NCBI GenBank assembly: GCA_002392765.1
Contig: DGHT01000036.1
Coordinates: 2,870-66,869 of the forward strand
DNA length: 64,000 nt
Source of the DNA: Verrucomicrobia bacterium UBA3841
GTDB lineage: Bacteria; Verrucomicrobiota; Kiritimatiellia; RFP12; UBA1067
Direction of reading: 5' to 3'
Position 1 is the stretch's first letter. Every line of letters begins with the position of its first letter. Position numbers and translations under genes: made by a program. This document shows, in pieces, positions 1-9,146 of the stretch. The notes under the pieces are model-generated. The model was not told where the DNA came from. It made no database searches and saw only the letters and a program-made list of their open reading frames with translations.

Positions 1-1666
1 GTTCGAAGAACGCCTCAAGAGAATCGTGGACGAGACGAAGCGCTCCGGCGACATCATTCTCTTTCTCGACGAGATACACACTCTCGTCGGCGCGGGCGGC
101 GCGGAAGGCGCGATGGACGCGGCGAACATTCTCAAGCCGGCGCTCGCGCGCGGCGAACTCCAGTGCGTCGGCGCGACGACGATGAAGGAATACCACAAGT
201 CCATCGAAAAGGACGCCGCGCTCGAGCGCCGGTTCCAGTCGGTGCAGGTGGACGAACCTTCGATCGACGACACCGTGCGCATCCTCGAAGGAATCGCGGG
301 CAAATACGAAGAGTTCCATTTGGTGAAATTCGGCGCCGACGCGCTGAGGGCGGCTGTAGAGCTTACGGCGAGATACATTCCCTCCCGACAGCTGCCCGAC
401 AAGGCGATCGACGCGATCGACGAGACCGGCGCGCGCCTGAGGATGTCCGTGAGCGAGCGTCCATCCGGATATTTCGAACTTCAAGACGAACTTGCCTGCC
501 TGAAGAAGTCGAAGGACGAGGCGGTGGCAGGGGGCGATTTCGACATGGCCGCGGAATTCCGGGACAAAATGCGCGAGATAGGCGACAAGGCCGACGCTCT
601 CCTGGCGGAGTGGAAGAAGACGCATGTCGAGAAGGTCCTGGACGCCGCACCGTCCGATGTGGCGGCGACGGTAAGCTCCATGAGCGGCGTCCCCGTGGAG
701 AAGATGAACGCGACCACGGCGGGAAAGCTCTTGAACATGGAAAAGACGCTCTCCGCGGCCGTGGTCGGACAGGATCCGGCGATTTCCGCCATCTCCAAGG
801 CCCTGCGGCGCAGCAGAGCGTTCGTGTCCGATCCGAAGCGCCCCATCGGAGGTTTCCTCTTCCTGGGGCCCACCGGAGTTGGCAAGACGCATCTCGCGAA
901 AATGCTCGCCGAAAAGATATACGGCGACGAAAAAGCGCTTATAACGCTTGATATGTCCGAGTACCAGGAAAAGTATTCTTCTTCGAGGCTTGTCGGCGCG
1001 CCTCCCGGATATGTGGGGTACGACGAGGGCGGACAGCTGACCGAGAAAGTGCGCCGGCGTCCGTATTCCATCGTCCTTTTCGACGAATTCGAAAAGGCGA
1101 ACCAGGACGTCTGCAACATGCTTCTGCAGATACTCGACGACGGACGCCTCACCGATGGACAGGGCCGCGTGGTCGATTTCCGCAACACGATCGTAATCTG
1201 TACCGCCAACCTCGGCTTCGATTTCGCCAGGACCGGCAAGTCGATAGGCTTTTCGCCGGCCGGTGAAGAGGACGGATACGAAAAACTCAAGGAGCGGCTT
1301 GAGGCAGAAGCCAAGAAAGCGTTCCGTCCAGAACTGTTGAACAGGTTCGACGACATTGTGGTGTTCAGGAAGCTCGAAAAGACCGACATGCTCCGCATAC
1401 TCGACATGGAACTCGACAGGCTGCGCGGACGTCTCGGCCAGGTTTCGCTCTCGCTGGGGCCGGGAGTCGCGGAGTTCCTCGTGGACAAAGGATACGACAG
1501 CGCACTCGGCGCCCGTCCTTTGAGGCGCGTCGTCCAGCGCTGGCTGGAAGATCCCCTGGCCGAGATGATGCTCGCCGGGAAAGCCAAGTCCGGCGTGAAG
1601 GCGAAAATGTCGGAAGACGGGGAAAACATAAAATTCAGCGAATTGAAAAGGAAGGAGAACGCGTAA
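1..1666 (+). CDS. clpC: ClpC/ClpB-type AAA+ chaperone ATPase, C-terminal ~555 aa; the 5' end lies outside the window
   Basis: Open frame from the window edge (phase of nt 2) to TAA at 1664-1666. UVR-like segment ([35 protein letters not shown]), Walker A GPTGVGKT, Walker [11 protein letters not shown] and sensor-2 GARPLRRV of the second AAA module. Confidence 0.85.
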   Translation, partial: FEERLKRIVDETKRSGDIILFLDEIHTLVGAGGAEGAMDAANILKPALARGELQCVGATTMKEYHKSIEKDAALERRFQSVQVDEPSIDDTVRILEGIAGKYEEFHLVKFGADALRAAVELTARYIPSRQLPDKAIDAIDETGARLRMSVSERPSGYFELQDELACLKKSKDEAVAGGDFDMAAEFRDKMREIGDKADALLAEWKKTHVEKVLDAAPSDVAATVSSMSGVPVEKMNATTAGKLLNMEKTLSAAVVGQDPAISAISKALRRSRAFVSDPKRPIGGFLFLGPTGVGKTHLAKMLAEKIYGDEKALITLDMSEYQEKYSSSRLVGAPPGYVGYDEGGQLTEKVRRRPYSIVLFDEFEKANQDVCNMLLQILDDGRLTDGQGRVVDFRNTIVICTANLGFDFARTGKSIGFSPAGEEDGYEKLKERLEAEAKKAFRPELLNRFDDIVVFRKLEKTDMLRILDMELDRLRGRLGQVSLSLGPGVAEFLVDKGYDSALGARPLRRVVQRWLEDPLAEMMLAGKAKSGVKAKMSEDGENIKFSELKRKENA

Positions 1667-4179
1667 TGGGAAAGAAACTTTTGATAGTGGAATCTCCGGC
1701 GAAAGCCAAGACGATAGGAAAATATCTGGGAGGGGAATTCATCGTCGCAAGTTCGGTGGGCCACGTCCGCGACCTTCCCGAGGACGACGGGGCGATCAAA
1801 ATCACCGAAACCGCCCCGGGAAAATGGAAGTTCGTCCCCAAATACGTCATATCCAAAAACAAGACGAAGGTCGTTTCGCATCTCAAGGACGCCGTGTCTA
1901 AATCCGACGAGATATTCCTTGCGAGCGACCCCGATCGCGAGGGAGAGGCGATCGCCTGGCATCTGCGCGAGGTTCTGAAAAACGCGGCGGCCGGCAAGCC
2001 GTTCCACCGCGTCACCTACAACGAAATCACCAAACCCGCCGTTCTGAAGGCGGTGTCGAATCCCGGCGAGATCGACATGCCGCGCGTCGATGCGCAGCAG
2101 GCGCGCAGGATTCTCGACAGGCTTGTCGGCTACAAGGTTTCGCCTCTTCTCTGGAAATCGATTCCGTGCAAGAACAGCCGCACGCTGAGCGCGGGAAGGG
2201 TTCAGTCCGTGGCCTTGCGCCTTCTCGTGGAGCGCCAGCGCGAAATCGACGCTTTCGTGCCGCAGGTCTACTACTTGCTCGGCGTGGAGGCGATGAAGCG
2301 CGGAGATTCGCAGACGTTCGAAGCGAAGCTCGCGAGAATCGGCGGCGAGAAGCCGGATATCGGCGACAAGAAAACGGCGGATGGAATCATCGCCGATCTC
2401 GAGGGGGCGGAGCTGTCGGTTTCGGGACTGAAAAGCCAGCAGAAAACGCGGCACGCGCTTCCGCCTTTCACGACATCTACTCTACAGCAGGCCGCCTCGA
2501 GCGTTCTTGGTTTTTCGCCGGGCAAGACCATGAAAGCGGCGCAGGCTCTCTACGAGCAGGGCCTTATAACTTACATGAGAACGGACTCCGTGTTCATTTC
2601 CGACATCGCCCGTTCCGCCGCGAAGGATTACATCGTGTCCGCCTTCGGTCCCGGATTCTACCCGGAAAAGCCGAATATGTACAAATCCAAGGAGACGGCC
2701 CAGGGTGCGCACGAGGCGATCAGACCCACAAACGTTTCCGCCGCACCCGGCTCGGTGCAGCTGGAGGCTGCCGAGGCCAAACTTTACGATCTTATATGGA
2801 GAAGGTTCGTGTCGAGCCAGATGTCCGACGCGAAGCTGACGGTCAGGACGGTCTGCCTCGAACCGCGCAAGACCGGCATCTCCAGATCGTACGAGTTCAC
2901 GGCCAGCGCCACCGATGTCGATTTCGAAGGCTTCCTCCGGGTCATGAAGATATCGCTTTCCAAAAAGAAGGGCGACGACGAAGACGACCAGGATAGCGAC
3001 GAGGTCAAGCGCATACCTCCTCTCTCGGTCGGCGAGACGCTCGACGCCGTCCGCTGGATATCGTCCGAGAAGACGACCAAAGGCCCGTCCTACTACTCGG
3101 AGGCGTCGCTTGTCAAGGCCCTCGAAGAAAACGGCGTGGGGCGTCCTTCTACGTACGCGGCGACGATCGAGACGCTCAAGACGCGCGAATACGCGCGCAA
3201 CGACAAGCGCAAGCTCGTTCCGGAGGAGAGGGGAATCCTTGTCAGCGACTGGCTCGTGAAAAAGCTCGACAATCTCTTCAACGTTGGATATACCGCCGAA
3301 ATGGAGGCCGAACTCGACAAGGTCGAGGAAAAGGGGCTGGGGATGGACGACATGCTCAGTTCGTTCTACGGAACGTTTCTGAAGGAGCTGGCGTCATGTT
3401 CCGAGCCGATGCCCGACAAGAGCAAGTTCGAGACCGCGTTCGCGCTGCTGGAATCCGTCCGCGAGTGGAAGGAACCGGTCAAGGCCGGGAAGAGAGTATA
3501 CGACGACAGGGCTTTCGTCGAAAGCGTCCGCAAGCAGTTCTACGCCGGCAAGTCGCTTTCCGTCCGCCAGCTCGATTCGCTCGTGCGGATGGTCGGCGCC
3601 TACCGCGGCCAGATACCGGACGCCGGGGAGAAGCTTAAGGCGGCCGGCATGGAACTTCCCGCCGCTCGCGAGAACAAGACCGTCGATACGGAACTCGCGT
3701 CGTTTTGCGTATCCGTCGCCAAAAGGATACCGTCGCTTTCCTCCAATGCTTTCGTGAAGAGCATAATCGGACAGTTCGACCGCGGGAGGCAGCTGAGCGA
3801 GCGCCAGCTGGCCGTTTTGGCGAGGACGGTTTCCGAGAACGGATCGGGTCTTCCCGATTACGGCGAGATAAGCGCGCGCCTCGCACCGCTTCTTCCCGAC
3901 GGAGCCACGGCGCAGCGTCCGGCGGACCCGTCGCTTGCCGCGCTTCTCGTGTCGATGGCCGGCGAGATATCGAAGTGGCGCGAGCCGGTAAAGCGCGGCA
4001 AGCGCACATACGATGACGCGGCGTTCGTCAAGTCGGTCGCCGACCAGTTCGCATCCCGCCACAATCTCAGCGAAAGGCAGGTTTCCGCGCTCAAGAGGGT
4101 GGTGTCCGCGTACAAGGATCAGATTTCGAACTACTCCGAAAGGATGAAGGGGGTTGAAGGAGACAAGTCCCGAGTTTGA
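1666..4179 (+). CDS. topA: DNA topoisomerase I (type IA) with three C-terminal ~45-aa repeats
   Basis: Toprim N-terminus [22 protein letters not shown]...VGHVRDLP. Active-site LITYMRTDS. ATG overlaps the clpC stop (TAATG). C-terminal repeats of form W(K/R)EPVKxGKRxYDDxAFVxSVxxQF...LSxRQ (Toprim_C_rpt-like). Confidence 0.9.
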   Translation: MGKKLLIVESPAKAKTIGKYLGGEFIVASSVGHVRDLPEDDGAIKITETAPGKWKFVPKYVISKNKTKVVSHLKDAVSKSDEIFLASDPDREGEAIAWHLREVLKNAAAGKPFHRVTYNEITKPAVLKAVSNPGEIDMPRVDAQQARRILDRLVGYKVSPLLWKSIPCKNSRTLSAGRVQSVALRLLVERQREIDAFVPQVYYLLGVEAMKRGDSQTFEAKLARIGGEKPDIGDKKTADGIIADLEGAELSVSGLKSQQKTRHALPPFTTSTLQQAASSVLGFSPGKTMKAAQALYEQGLITYMRTDSVFISDIARSAAKDYIVSAFGPGFYPEKPNMYKSKETAQGAHEAIRPTNVSAAPGSVQLEAAEAKLYDLIWRRFVSSQMSDAKLTVRTVCLEPRKTGISRSYEFTASATDVDFEGFLRVMKISLSKKKGDDEDDQDSDEVKRIPPLSVGETLDAVRWISSEKTTKGPSYYSEASLVKALEENGVGRPSTYAATIETLKTREYARNDKRKLVPEERGILVSDWLVKKLDNLFNVGYTAEMEAELDKVEEKGLGMDDMLSSFYGTFLKELASCSEPMPDKSKFETAFALLESVREWKEPVKAGKRVYDDRAFVESVRKQFYAGKSLSVRQLDSLVRMVGAYRGQIPDAGEKLKAAGMELPAARENKTVDTELASFCVSVAKRIPSLSSNAFVKSIIGQFDRGRQLSERQLAVLARTVSENGSGLPDYGEISARLAPLLPDGATAQRPADPSLAALLVSMAGEISKWREPVKRGKRTYDDAAFVKSVADQFASRHNLSERQVSALKRVVSAYKDQISNYSERMKGVEGDKSRV

Positions 4180-5098
4180 CGGCGACGGGCTTGTCGCCGG
4201 ATTCAGGCGGCATCTGGAGTCGGAGTCAGGCGTATCGCCGAACACGAGTTCGGCGTACCTCGGCGATCTTGCCCAGTTTGCCGCGTTTCTCCGCGATGCC
4301 GGCAGGTCCGCCGGCGACTGGAAAGGAGTTACCGATTCCGATGCGCGCGCCTTCGCGGCGAAACTTGCGAAGGGGGGGGCGGGCGCGACGACGCTCCGCA
4401 GGAAAATCTCGTCCGTGCGCGCGTTTTTCAGATATCTTCTGCGTGAAAACGAAGTCTCCCGCAATCCTTTTTCTTCGCTCAGGGGGCCGCGCGTGCGCAA
4501 AACGCTCCCGAAAACGCTGTCCGTTGCGGATGTCGGCAGACTGCTCGACAGGCCCGCAGCGGATTTCCGCGACGGAATGCTCGGCGAATATCCTTCTTAC
4601 AGGGACAAAGCCGTGTTCGAATTCCTTTATTCGACCGGGTGCCGCGTCGGCGAGATAGCGGCGGTCAAGTGGGGCGACATCGATTTCGCGAGAGGCGGAT
4701 TGATCGTCCGCGGCAAGGGCGGGAAGGACCGTCTGGTGATTCTCGGATCGAAGGCGATCGAGGCGCTCCACTCGCTGCGCAGAGCCGTTTCCGCGAGACG
4801 GGCGAATCTCGCAGGTGACGATTCTCCGGTGTTCCTCAGCGACAGGTTCGGAAAGATATATCCCAGGTTCGTCGAAAGGCGGATGAAAAGGTATCTTGCA
4901 GAAGCGGGTCTTTCCTCTTCGCTTACTCCGCACAAGCTCAGGCACAGTTTCGCCACGCATCTTCTCGACGCGGGCGCCGACCTCAGGAGCGTGCAGGAGA
5001 TGCTCGGCCACGCATCTCTTTCGACCACGCAGATATACACGCACGTGTCTGTCGAAAGGCTTAAAAACGAATACGCAAAGGCGCATCCGCGCGCTTGA
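4154..5098 (+). CDS. xerC: Tyrosine site-specific recombinase XerC/XerD family
   Basis: C-terminal catalytic box HKLRHSFATHLLDAGADLRSVQEMLGHASLSTTQIYTHV, with the RHR triad and catalytic Tyr context. Follows topA as in many genomes. The ORF start is a TTG at 4154, so the true start is uncertain. Confidence 0.8.
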   Translation: MKETSPEFDGDGLVAGFRRHLESESGVSPNTSSAYLGDLAQFAAFLRDAGRSAGDWKGVTDSDARAFAAKLAKGGAGATTLRRKISSVRAFFRYLLRENEVSRNPFSSLRGPRVRKTLPKTLSVADVGRLLDRPAADFRDGMLGEYPSYRDKAVFEFLYSTGCRVGEIAAVKWGDIDFARGGLIVRGKGGKDRLVILGSKAIEALHSLRRAVSARRANLAGDDSPVFLSDRFGKIYPRFVERRMKRYLAEAGLSSSLTPHKLRHSFATHLLDAGADLRSVQEMLGHASLSTTQIYTHVSVERLKNEYAKAHPRA

Positions 5099-5111
5099 GG
5101 ACGGTGAAATC

Positions 5112-5603
5112 ATGAACGGCGACAGCGGCAAGTCTTGCGGATTTAAGGTGAAATCGCTCCCTTGGAGCATGCTTTTGGCGTCCTTGCCCGCATTGTGCGC
5201 GGCGGTTGCAGTGCTTGCCGTGTTTCCGCGCGCAGAGGGCGTCTTCGCGACGGACGTCAGGCTGCGGAGCCGTACGCACGCGACCTGCTCGTTCGTAGCG
5301 CTCGATCCGGCCGCGGAGAAAAAGGCGATGGAAGACGTCCGTTCCACGCTCTCGCGCGATCTCAGCGGCGTCAGAGAGATGAGCGCGGATCTTTCCGTGT
5401 CGACGATACCGGATCCGCCGTACGAGGCGATAACAGACATTTCCGACAGATCCCGTCCTCTGCCGCCGCATCCTTTTTCGCTTTCCCCGGTTCCGTTCGC
5501 GCCGTCGCTGTCCGCTCCCGACGCGGAGCAGATCGAGCCGGACGAACGCGGGGAGCCGCCCGCATTCTCGCGGGAAGAACTTTTGCAGAATACAATAAAA
5601 TGA
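5112..5603 (+). CDS. Hypothetical small membrane-anchored proline-rich protein
   Basis: ATG at 5112 in frame with the 4896-5603 ORF. Hydrophobic segment MLLASLPALCAAVAVLAVFP followed by a Pro/Ser-rich tail. GC3-rich codons. No recognisable family. Confidence 0.35.
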   Translation: MNGDSGKSCGFKVKSLPWSMLLASLPALCAAVAVLAVFPRAEGVFATDVRLRSRTHATCSFVALDPAAEKKAMEDVRSTLSRDLSGVREMSADLSVSTIPDPPYEAITDISDRSRPLPPHPFSLSPVPFAPSLSAPDAEQIEPDERGEPPAFSREELLQNTIK

Positions 5604-5615
5604 AAGGGGCAAACC

Positions 5616-6227
5616 ATGACCGACAAACAGGCGATGGACGCGTTCAGGGACACCGGAGCGCTTCTCGAAGGGCATTTCGAGCTTAGAAGCAAGCTTCACT
5701 CGAACAGGTATTTCCAGTGCGCCAACGTGCTGATGTATCCGCGCGTGGCTGAGAAGCTCTGCCGCGAGGCGGTGTCCAGGGCCGTCAAGAGCGGCAAGCT
5801 CGGCAAGCGGATAGACGGCGTGATTTCGCCGGCCGTGGGCGGAATACTCGTAGGACACGAAGTCGCGCGGTCGCTCGGCGTCAAGTGCATATTCGCCGAG
5901 AAAGTCCAGGGAGAGGGGGTCGACGCCACCGGCAAGCCGAACACGGTGCTTGCGATGCGCAGGTTCTCGATCAAGAAAGGGGAGCGGTATGTCGTCGCCG
6001 AGGATGTCGTCACGAAAGGCGGCAGAGTGCAGGAGACGATCGATCTCGTCAAGGCGGCCGGCGGCAGGGTCGCGGGCGTGATTCTGCTTGTCGACCGTTC
6101 CGGCGGAAAGGTCAAGTTCGGGCGCATCCCCATGTTTGCGCTAGTCAAGATGACTCCCGAGACGTGGACCAAAGAGGAATGCCCCATGTGCAAGGCGGGT
6201 TCAAAGCCGGTCCATCCCGGTTCGTGA
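5616..6227 (+). CDS. pyrE: Phosphoribosyltransferase, most likely orotate phosphoribosyltransferase
   Basis: 203 aa. GHFELRSKLHSNRYFQC opening. PRPP-binding motif VVAEDVVTKGGRVQETIDLVKAAGGRVAGV. ATG 5616 preceded by an AAAGGGG Shine-Dalgarno-like stretch. Confidence 0.6.
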   Translation: MTDKQAMDAFRDTGALLEGHFELRSKLHSNRYFQCANVLMYPRVAEKLCREAVSRAVKSGKLGKRIDGVISPAVGGILVGHEVARSLGVKCIFAEKVQGEGVDATGKPNTVLAMRRFSIKKGERYVVAEDVVTKGGRVQETIDLVKAAGGRVAGVILLVDRSGGKVKFGRIPMFALVKMTPETWTKEECPMCKAGSKPVHPGS

Positions 6228-6288
6228 ACCTTTTCCGCGTCCTCTCCGTTTAAACGGGTACGGAACAAACCGGGAAAGGATATTGTCC

Positions 6289-7362
6289 ATGATGATAAAA
6301 GGCGTCGAAAGGGCGTTCACTCTCATAGAGCTCATTCTCGTGGTCGCTGTCATAGCGATCATATCGGTGATTGCCGTCGGAAAATTCTCCGATCTGAAGC
6401 GCGATTCGTCGCGCAAGGTGAACGTCGCCAACATCAAGAACATCGCCAGAACGATCAACACCGAGCTGGCCGCCAGGGACGGCGAGATCGTGCGGGGAAT
6501 GTTCGCCTACGCGGAAAGTCTGATAGACAGCGCCCCGGGCGGCGGCGACGTCACCGGGCCCGCCGGCGCGTACAACGTCCGCGATTCCTGGTACGACGGT
6601 TCCGGCGGGGTCGTCCCCGGCATCTACTGCGGGATAAAGACGACGGGCGCCGTCGTCAACGCCGGAGGCGTGGGCACGGGGGAGGTGGCCGCGATCTCCG
6701 AAGCGCACGAAAGCAATGTCGGCCTGGAGCCGCTGGCCGTTGCGACCGTGTCGAGAGGAAAGACGTCGCCCGCGAAACTCTGCATGTATTACCTGACGGA
6801 TTCGGATGTGACGGCGCTCAAGGATGCGGGCGTGAGCATCGTGTCGCGCCACAACTATTCGAACCAGCAGGCGTCGAACCTCAACTGGGATTCCAGCAAG
6901 TACCGCACCGAGATGGGATTGCACTCGACCGGAGGCGGACCGGGAATGAGGGCTGATCTTTCGGCGTGCTATCCCGTCGTGCTTACGAACGGATCCGCCG
7001 TCGCGGTCCTGAACCCCGCGTCGTGCGAATCGATCTACCGCGATCTGGGGCTCGACTACGCATCGACCTACAACGTTTCCGGTCTCGATCCGAAAGACCC
7101 TTCCACGTACTACTCAAAGGGGATATGCTGCAAGCTTTACGTCTTCGGCCTCGGACGCGATTGCGCGGCTTCGACGAAGTTTTTCGAAAGCCATCCGCGC
7201 TGTCCCGTGCTCGACAAAACGCATTACCGCAACTATCTGCTGGTGTTCAAGCAGAACACGGGACTGGGCAACACCGGCAGCGCCGTGACTTTCGCCGGGG
7301 TGATCGATCCGTCCGGCAACACGGCGAAGCAGGCGCAGTATTCGGCGGACTGGTCGTCGTGA
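6289..7362 (+). CDS. Large Cys-rich prepilin-type N-terminal cleavage/methylation domain protein (pseudopilin-like)
   Basis: N-terminus MMIKGVERAFTLIELILVVAVIAIISVIAV is a class III signal/pilin-like helix. About 355 aa with many Gly/Cys. ATG 6289 with AAGGA 8 nt upstream. Its stop overlaps the birA ATG by 1 nt. Confidence 0.7.
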   Translation: MMIKGVERAFTLIELILVVAVIAIISVIAVGKFSDLKRDSSRKVNVANIKNIARTINTELAARDGEIVRGMFAYAESLIDSAPGGGDVTGPAGAYNVRDSWYDGSGGVVPGIYCGIKTTGAVVNAGGVGTGEVAAISEAHESNVGLEPLAVATVSRGKTSPAKLCMYYLTDSDVTALKDAGVSIVSRHNYSNQQASNLNWDSSKYRTEMGLHSTGGGPGMRADLSACYPVVLTNGSAVAVLNPASCESIYRDLGLDYASTYNVSGLDPKDPSTYYSKGICCKLYVFGLGRDCAASTKFFESHPRCPVLDKTHYRNYLLVFKQNTGLGNTGSAVTFAGVIDPSGNTAKQAQYSADWSS

Positions 7363-8078
7363 TGGATGCCTGCCGTTCCAGCTGGCGGATTGTCCATGTA
7401 GACGAGACCGAGTCCACAAACACCCTTGCGAGATCGGGCTCCCCCGGCGACGTTTTCACCGCCGGATTCCAGACTGCCGGGCGCGGCAGGCTGGATCATG
7501 TCTGGGTGTCGGGCAGGGGGATGAATCTCACGATGAGCGCCGTTCTTGACGCGTCAGGCGCCGAAGCGCAGGAAGTCGCGACTCTTCCCCTTGCAGTAGG
7601 CCTCGCCGTTGCGGAAGCGCTCCGCCCCGCTGCCGGACCCCTCTCGCTCAAATGGCCGAACGACGTGCTTGCCGGCGGACGGAAGATCGCCGGCATTCTT
7701 TGCGAGCGCCGCGGCGATAGCATCATCGCCGGAATAGGCGTTAACGTGAAGGAAACGCGCTTCCCGCCCGAAATCGCGGCGCGGGCGACTTCTCTCGCGC
7801 TTCTTGGATGCGATGCGAGCGTGGAATCCGTGCGCGATGCGGTTCTGTCCGCGCTCGGACGCGTCGCAGCAGAATGGCGGGCGGGCGGTTTCGCCGCGAT
7901 ATACCCGCGCATCGCGGCAATCGACTTTCTCAAAGGCCGGATCGTTTCCGTCAGACAGGGTGATCGCGGAGAGGCGGAGGTGTCGGGCGTCTGCGGCGGG
8001 ATCGGGCGGAACGGCGCTTTGATCGTCGAAGGGGAGCCGGTATGGTCCGGCGAGGCTCACGTCGAACTTGGTTTTTGA
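7362..8078 (+). CDS. birA: Biotin--[acetyl-CoA-carboxylase] ligase, catalytic domain only (group I BirA)
   Basis: ATG 7362 overlaps the upstream TGA. GRGRxGRxW-type motif TAGFQTAGRGRLDHVWVS. KWPNDVLAGGRKIAGIL biotin-binding region. 238 aa with no HTH. Confidence 0.8.
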   Translation: MDACRSSWRIVHVDETESTNTLARSGSPGDVFTAGFQTAGRGRLDHVWVSGRGMNLTMSAVLDASGAEAQEVATLPLAVGLAVAEALRPAAGPLSLKWPNDVLAGGRKIAGILCERRGDSIIAGIGVNVKETRFPPEIAARATSLALLGCDASVESVRDAVLSALGRVAAEWRAGGFAAIYPRIAAIDFLKGRIVSVRQGDRGEAEVSGVCGGIGRNGALIVEGEPVWSGEAHVELGF

Positions 8079-8267
8079 GTATTGTGTCAACCTCCGCAAC
8101 TTTGCTTGAAGCAATCGGCGCCGATCCCGGATCGCCCCGCTGGACGGGTCGGCAAAGGAATTCGCAGATGTTTCGCAAAAAGATATTTCGCAGGACGGCG
8201 ATGACAGCGACTGGCGGATTGCGGCGGCAGTGCGGATTGTTCCATTGTTTTGGACATAAACGCATTT

Positions 8268-8286
8268 CTTTGATATAATATCAAAG
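8268..8286 (+). promoter_or_regulatory. 19-bp perfect palindrome CTTTGATATAATATCAAAG containing the extended -10 TGATATAAT, 8 nt before the nnr ATG (predicted leaderless promoter)
   Basis: Direct read. TATAAT at 8274-8279 and ATG at 8288. The palindrome could also serve as an operator. Confidence 0.5.
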
Positions 8287-8287
8287 T

Positions 8288-9124
8288 ATGATTCCACCAA
8301 TAGAACTCAAGGATGCTTTTCCGGCAAGGCCCGCGGACGCGAACAAGAGGTCCGTCGGGACGGTCACGATCGTGGGCGGGAGCGCTCGTTTTCCGCACGC
8401 GCCCGTCATAGCCGCGATGGGCGCGAGAGCGGCGGGGGCCGGTCTCGTGCAGCTTGTCGTGCCGGACGAGTCGCGCTTCGCCGCCGGCGCGCACGTGCCG
8501 GAAGCGGTGTTCACGAAGCTCGACGCGACATGCATGCCGCCTAAGGCGGACGTCACAGTCATAGGCATGGGTCTCGGCACGGGGGTGGGCACGCAGCTGC
8601 TTCTTTCGCGCCTCCTTTCCGGAAGCCCCGGCAGGTTCGTTCTCGACGCGGACGCGCTGACGATTCTCGCGCAGTGGTACGGCGAGAAGGGCGCGTATTC
8701 CCCGGCGGAGGGGCAGAGCCTCGTTCTGACTCCGCACGAGGGCGAGGCGGCCAGACTCCTCGGATGCGATGCCGCGAAAGTCTCCGCGTCCAGGCTTGAA
8801 TCCGCAAGGGAAATTTCATCCAGATACGGCGCGACTGTCGTCTTGAAGGGGCCGTCCACCATCGTAGTCCAGTCGGCATCCGGCGAGCCGTACGTCAACG
8901 CGACCGGCAACCCGTCGATGGCGCTCGGAGGAATGGGCGACATGCTCGCGGGAGTGATAGGCGCAAGATGGGCGTATCTCAAATGCGGGCCGAGTCTGGC
9001 GGCCGCGTCCTCGGTGTGGCTGCACGGTCTCGCGGCCGACAGCGTCGCGGAAAAACTTCAAGACCCCTCTCTCGCGAACATCGCGTCCGCGCTAGGCTCG
9101 CTGAGAGTCGTTCTGGACAGATGA
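8288..9124 (+). CDS. nnrD: ADP-dependent (S)-NAD(P)H-hydrate dehydratase (YjeF C-terminal / Nnr2 family)
   Basis: GMGLGTG, VLTPHEGEAARLLG, ATVVLKGPSTIV and GNPSMALGGMGDMLAGVIGA motifs typical of carbohydrate-kinase-like YjeF-C. Confidence 0.8.
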   Translation: MIPPIELKDAFPARPADANKRSVGTVTIVGGSARFPHAPVIAAMGARAAGAGLVQLVVPDESRFAAGAHVPEAVFTKLDATCMPPKADVTVIGMGLGTGVGTQLLLSRLLSGSPGRFVLDADALTILAQWYGEKGAYSPAEGQSLVLTPHEGEAARLLGCDAAKVSASRLESAREISSRYGATVVLKGPSTIVVQSASGEPYVNATGNPSMALGGMGDMLAGVIGARWAYLKCGPSLAAASSVWLHGLAADSVAEKLQDPSLANIASALGSLRVVLDR

Positions 9125-9146
9125 CTTAAAGAAAGGATCCACTGGA

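Noticed and set aside
5061-5858. 265-aa minus-strand ORF between xerC and pyrE
   Set aside because: Arg/His-rich junk-like translation overlapping the pyrE start. The plus-strand small membrane-protein ORF has coding-like GC3 bias.
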